Shown here: in pieces, positions 62,272-64,000 of the stretch
Layout: each line of letters opens with the position of its first letter
Position numbering within the stretch: position 1 is the first letter of the stretch
NCBI GenBank assembly: GCA_965287045.1
Contig: CBDIYR020000003.1
Location: 9,424,001-9,488,000, forward strand
DNA: 64,000 nucleotides
Reading direction: 5' to 3'
DNA from: Carcharhinus amblyrhynchos
Lineage: Eukaryota
Notes under the pieces: model-generated
Told to the model about the DNA's origin: nothing
Database searches by the model: none
What the model saw: only the letters and a program-made list of their open reading frames with translations
Made by a program: the position numbers and the translations under genes

Positions 62272-64000
62272 AAAGAGACTTGTATAGAATTGTAAACAGT
62301 GCGGTCATGCTGCAGTTCTGGAACCAGTTTTGCAGAAATAGAACTGTGGTCATTGACACACTAGTTTAGAAGATATTTAAGTGCTGCTGTCTTAGTCTCT
62401 GTAGCGCAATGCGTCAGCGAGTTCGGCTGCTAACCAAAAGGTTGGTGGTTCAATTCCACCCAGGGACGGAATTGTACGATCTTTTCACCATCAGCATGCA
62501 TAGGCAAACAGTTGTGGGTTGGCAATGGATCTGTGGGCGTCAATAAAATAATGCTCTCAATTGTTACCGGCTGTACTGTTATCTAATGTTACCAACATTA
62601 TTTAATGATGAACGACTTCAAACATATCACATACAACATTGTATACACGCTTCCATTATACCATTAAACTTAAAAATTACAATCGAAACATGAACTTGCG
62701 GCTGAGCATTTGTTCCAGTTTCATATCCCTGCTTCCATTCATTTCTGGATAGATCATAAATCTGTCCAACCCGAACTCAATTGTGTTCAGTGGTGAACAT
62801 CTATAATCCTCTGGAGTAGAGAATTCCGAAGATTCACGAGCCTTTGAGTGAAGCAATTTCTCCTCATCGCAGTCCTAAATTATCAGAGCCTTATCCTGAA
62901 ATTGCACCCCTGTGTTTCAGGTTCGCGGATCAGGAAAAAAATAATGTCTCAGTTTCTCAATGATATCTATTCTTTCTCGCTAAAGCTGTTGAAATTTTCC
63001 AGCATTTTCAGTTTTTAATTCAGATTCCAGCATCGTCCGATTTTGCTTTTATTCTGTCTAAAATGCGGGGATCCAAACTGCACACAACTGTGGACTCAAC
63101 AAAACCCTGAATTACTGTAGCAAGTCTTCAAACACTTCAAAACTTAACTCCATGCTCAAAACTGGAAGGAGAGCGTGACAGTGGGCAATTGGCACTGTGT
63201 ACATTCCTGTAATCAGTAACTGGGTCAGGAAGATGGGATATCTGTGTCTCTTTGTACTGTCATCTCTAAACTCCATCTCCTCTCAATGCCGTGTATCACA
63301 CATTCGCTTTCCCTGCTTTCCAAGTAAAGCTCCGGTTCACCAACTGTCTGTGTCTGTATCAAACAGCTAATTGGCCCTGGGAGCTGAGCAGCCAGAGGGA
63401 GCTGGAAGAGAGGCAGCAACAAAATCAGGAAGAGAAGAGACATGGTAGAGTTTCGTACATGATTTGTGTCAGTTGCCCTCCGTGATGAATGCCTGTGTTA
63501 CCTTGTAAGCGTCACAGAAGCCACAGTGATGAGTTTGGTGGGTTTTGGAAATTGAAGGTGTCACGTGAGCAGCTTGCGGGACTATTTCACCTCACTGTCA
63601 ATTTCATGTTCCAGCCAACAGGAGTCGCTGTTTTCATTGGCTGATTCAGTCACTTGTGTGCAATCTAAACATGACAATTTGAAGGAGAAACTTGCCTTTG
63701 GTGAAAACAAAATTTGAAATAGAAATAGAAAGCAGATGGTGCATGGCTAAATTATTTTTTTAAAGAGCTTCCACCCACTTCCCTGCTGGTTTTGATTCGG
63801 CGTTCTCACTATGGGTCCGATTCCCATTCAAGGAGTTAAGTTTTGTTGCTGTGTAACATCCCTGTGTTACTTCCCGGTCAGCAGCAGTTCTGTCGGAATC
63901 AGTGTAAGGGAGATTTCCCCTTTTGCGTCTAAAAAGGCAACGTCGCATTTCTTAAACAAAGAAACAGGGAGCGACCGGCTGCAAAGCGCTGACGATAGAA
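62272..64000 (+). repeat. Segmental duplication copy B of 5717-7503 (runs off the window end)
   Basis: Colinear direct similarity, including the tRNA-Asn paralog and a truncated tRNA-Glu remnant at ~63780-63835. Confidence 0.9.
62395..62468 (+). pseudogene. tRNA-Asn-derived copy with anticodon changed GTT->GCT; probable pseudogene
   Basis: GTCTCTGTAGCGCAATGCGTCAGCGAGTTCGGCTGCTAACCAAAAGGTTGGTGGTTCAATTCCACCCAGGGACG; mismatches in the D stem and anticodon stem. Confidence 0.8.

Overview
Eukaryotic (cartilaginous fish, most likely shark) genomic DNA from the variable-segment region of the T-cell receptor alpha/delta locus. It holds about 10 conventional TCR alpha/delta V segments on both strands (split leader, V exon, 23-bp-spacer RSS; some defective). 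It also holds a complete NAR-TCR cassette: an IgNAR-like V, an IgNAR-like J and a leaderless 'supporting' Vdelta, followed by an inverted pseudogene copy of that Vdelta. Two intact two-exon GPR139/GPR142-like GPCR genes, tRNA genes and pseudogenes, CR1-type LINE and tRNA-derived SINE fragments, and several segmental duplications lie among them. Two features stand out. (1) A tandem array of nine ~61-bp units, each a full heptamer-23-nonamer RSS, sits directly behind the supporting Vdelta and faces the inverted pseudogene. (2) The NAR-TCR V has a long germline CDR3 extension, a 12-bp-spacer RSS and no separate D, so it looks germline V-D joined. No constant-region exons are in the window. All calls come from manual reading; no database search was run.
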